DNA of 64,000 bases from Macrostomum hystrix (Eukaryota > Animalia > Platyhelminthes). A program made the translations under genes and the position numbers. The number at the start of each line of letters is the position of its first letter. The stretch's first letter is position 1. This document shows, piece after piece, positions 62,987 to 64,000 of this stretch. Where the stretch lies: contig CATNEN010000031.1 in assembly GCA_950097015.1 (NCBI GenBank), positions 3,100,001-3,164,000 on the forward strand, written 5' to 3'. The notes beneath the pieces are model-generated. The model saw nothing but the letters and a program-made list of their open reading frames with translations. It made no database searches and had not been told where the DNA came from.

Positions 62987-63588
62987 GTGAGTACAGCTCG
63001 ATTCCGCTGTGAGGCCACAACCCCCAACTTCCAATTGAGAGTGTGGTCAGGAGTCAGCGGAATGGGCAGAGTCGCCTACTCTCTATGGTCTTTTGAAATG
63101 GTTAAAATGGTCTTTTAGCAATGTCAATCAATTAACAGAGGTTTGAGGCTTCAAGAGCAGCGGAAAACGATAGATTTTTTTAATCCTTAATCCCTATGAG
63201 TCGCTGTGTGCCTGAGCAGTGTGCCGAGGCGGGGGCCCGCGTTTGCTGAGTCCAACTTCTCCATCCTCTGTTCTCTCACTCCCCGCTCCGGACTGCTTTG
63301 CATAATAGATGCCTCCCAGAACCCCATATATAGTGGCCAATTCGTGTTCGCTCAGTTCGTTTGGTGTAGACTGAGGCAGTTGTTTTGGGGTAGAGAGGGG
63401 GTAGAAAATTCGGGATCTACCCCTTCTGCCCCCGTACCTCTAATCTCTGGGGAATGTCTAGTGTCGGGCTGGTGTGGATTAAAAGCCGTGCATTATTCAG
63501 CGGTTCTAAAGCTCTGGGTGTGTCGGGGGCTCGAATCTGTAGCAGCCCAAGCAAAATATTGACGACCGAAATATATATATATAATAAT

Positions 63589-64000
63589 ATGGATTGCTAA
63601 TCTATCTAGTTAGATTTACATGAAGGAATAGAATGGATTGCTAATCTATCTAGTTAGATTTACATGAAGGAATAGAATGGATTGCTAATCTATCTAGTTA
63701 GATTCACATGAAGGAATAGAATGGATTGCTATTCTATCTAGTTAGATTCACATGAAGGAATAGAATGGATTGCTAATCTATCTAGTTAGATTTACATGAA
63801 GGAATAGAATGGATTGCTAGAATGGATTGCTAATCTATCTAGTTAGATTTACATGAAGGAATAGAATGGATTGCTAATCTATCTAGTTAGATTTACATGA
63901 AGGAATAGAATGGATAGCTAATCTATCTAGTTAGATTTACATGAAGGAATAGAATGGATTGCTAATCTATCTAGTTAGATTTACATGAAGGAATAGAATG
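63589..64000. repeat. 44-bp minisatellite (ATGGATTGCTAATCTATCTAGTTAGATTTACATGAAGGAATAGA)n running off the window end
   Basis: Tandem units with period 44. Confidence 0.93.

Overview
Eukaryotic (animal) genomic DNA with spliceosomal GT-AG introns. It has GC-rich, polyQ/polyA-rich exons and an extreme load of minisatellites (roughly 45% of the window). The style suggests a free-living flatworm such as Macrostomum, but that is an inference. Genes reconstructed by hand from splice sites and reading frames: two tandem single-CUB, single-TM membrane protein paralogues (+, 1-511 partial and 2130-6944); a tensin-family SH2+PTB gene (-, 13694-20089); a CDC14 phosphatase (-, 7 exons, 33646-45186, about 584 aa); a single-exon neuropeptide-like prohormone (+, 46921-47316); an atypical class A peptide-type GPCR (+, 51628-55553); and a probable early exon of an unidentified gene (62827-62986). 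At least two tRNA-derived SINE families are present, one CORE-like. Most long ORFs in the supplied track are artefacts of tandem repeats. The most notable observations are: introns filled almost edge to edge by unrelated minisatellites that carry splice-site-like motifs; a 10.3 kb array of 30-bp stem-loop units bounded by GT...AG; nested inverted repeats around the CDC14 catalytic exon (circRNA candidate); and a candidate novel amidated peptide gene next to a GPCR with a remodelled sodium pocket. No prokaryotic-type systems (CRISPR etc.) are supported.
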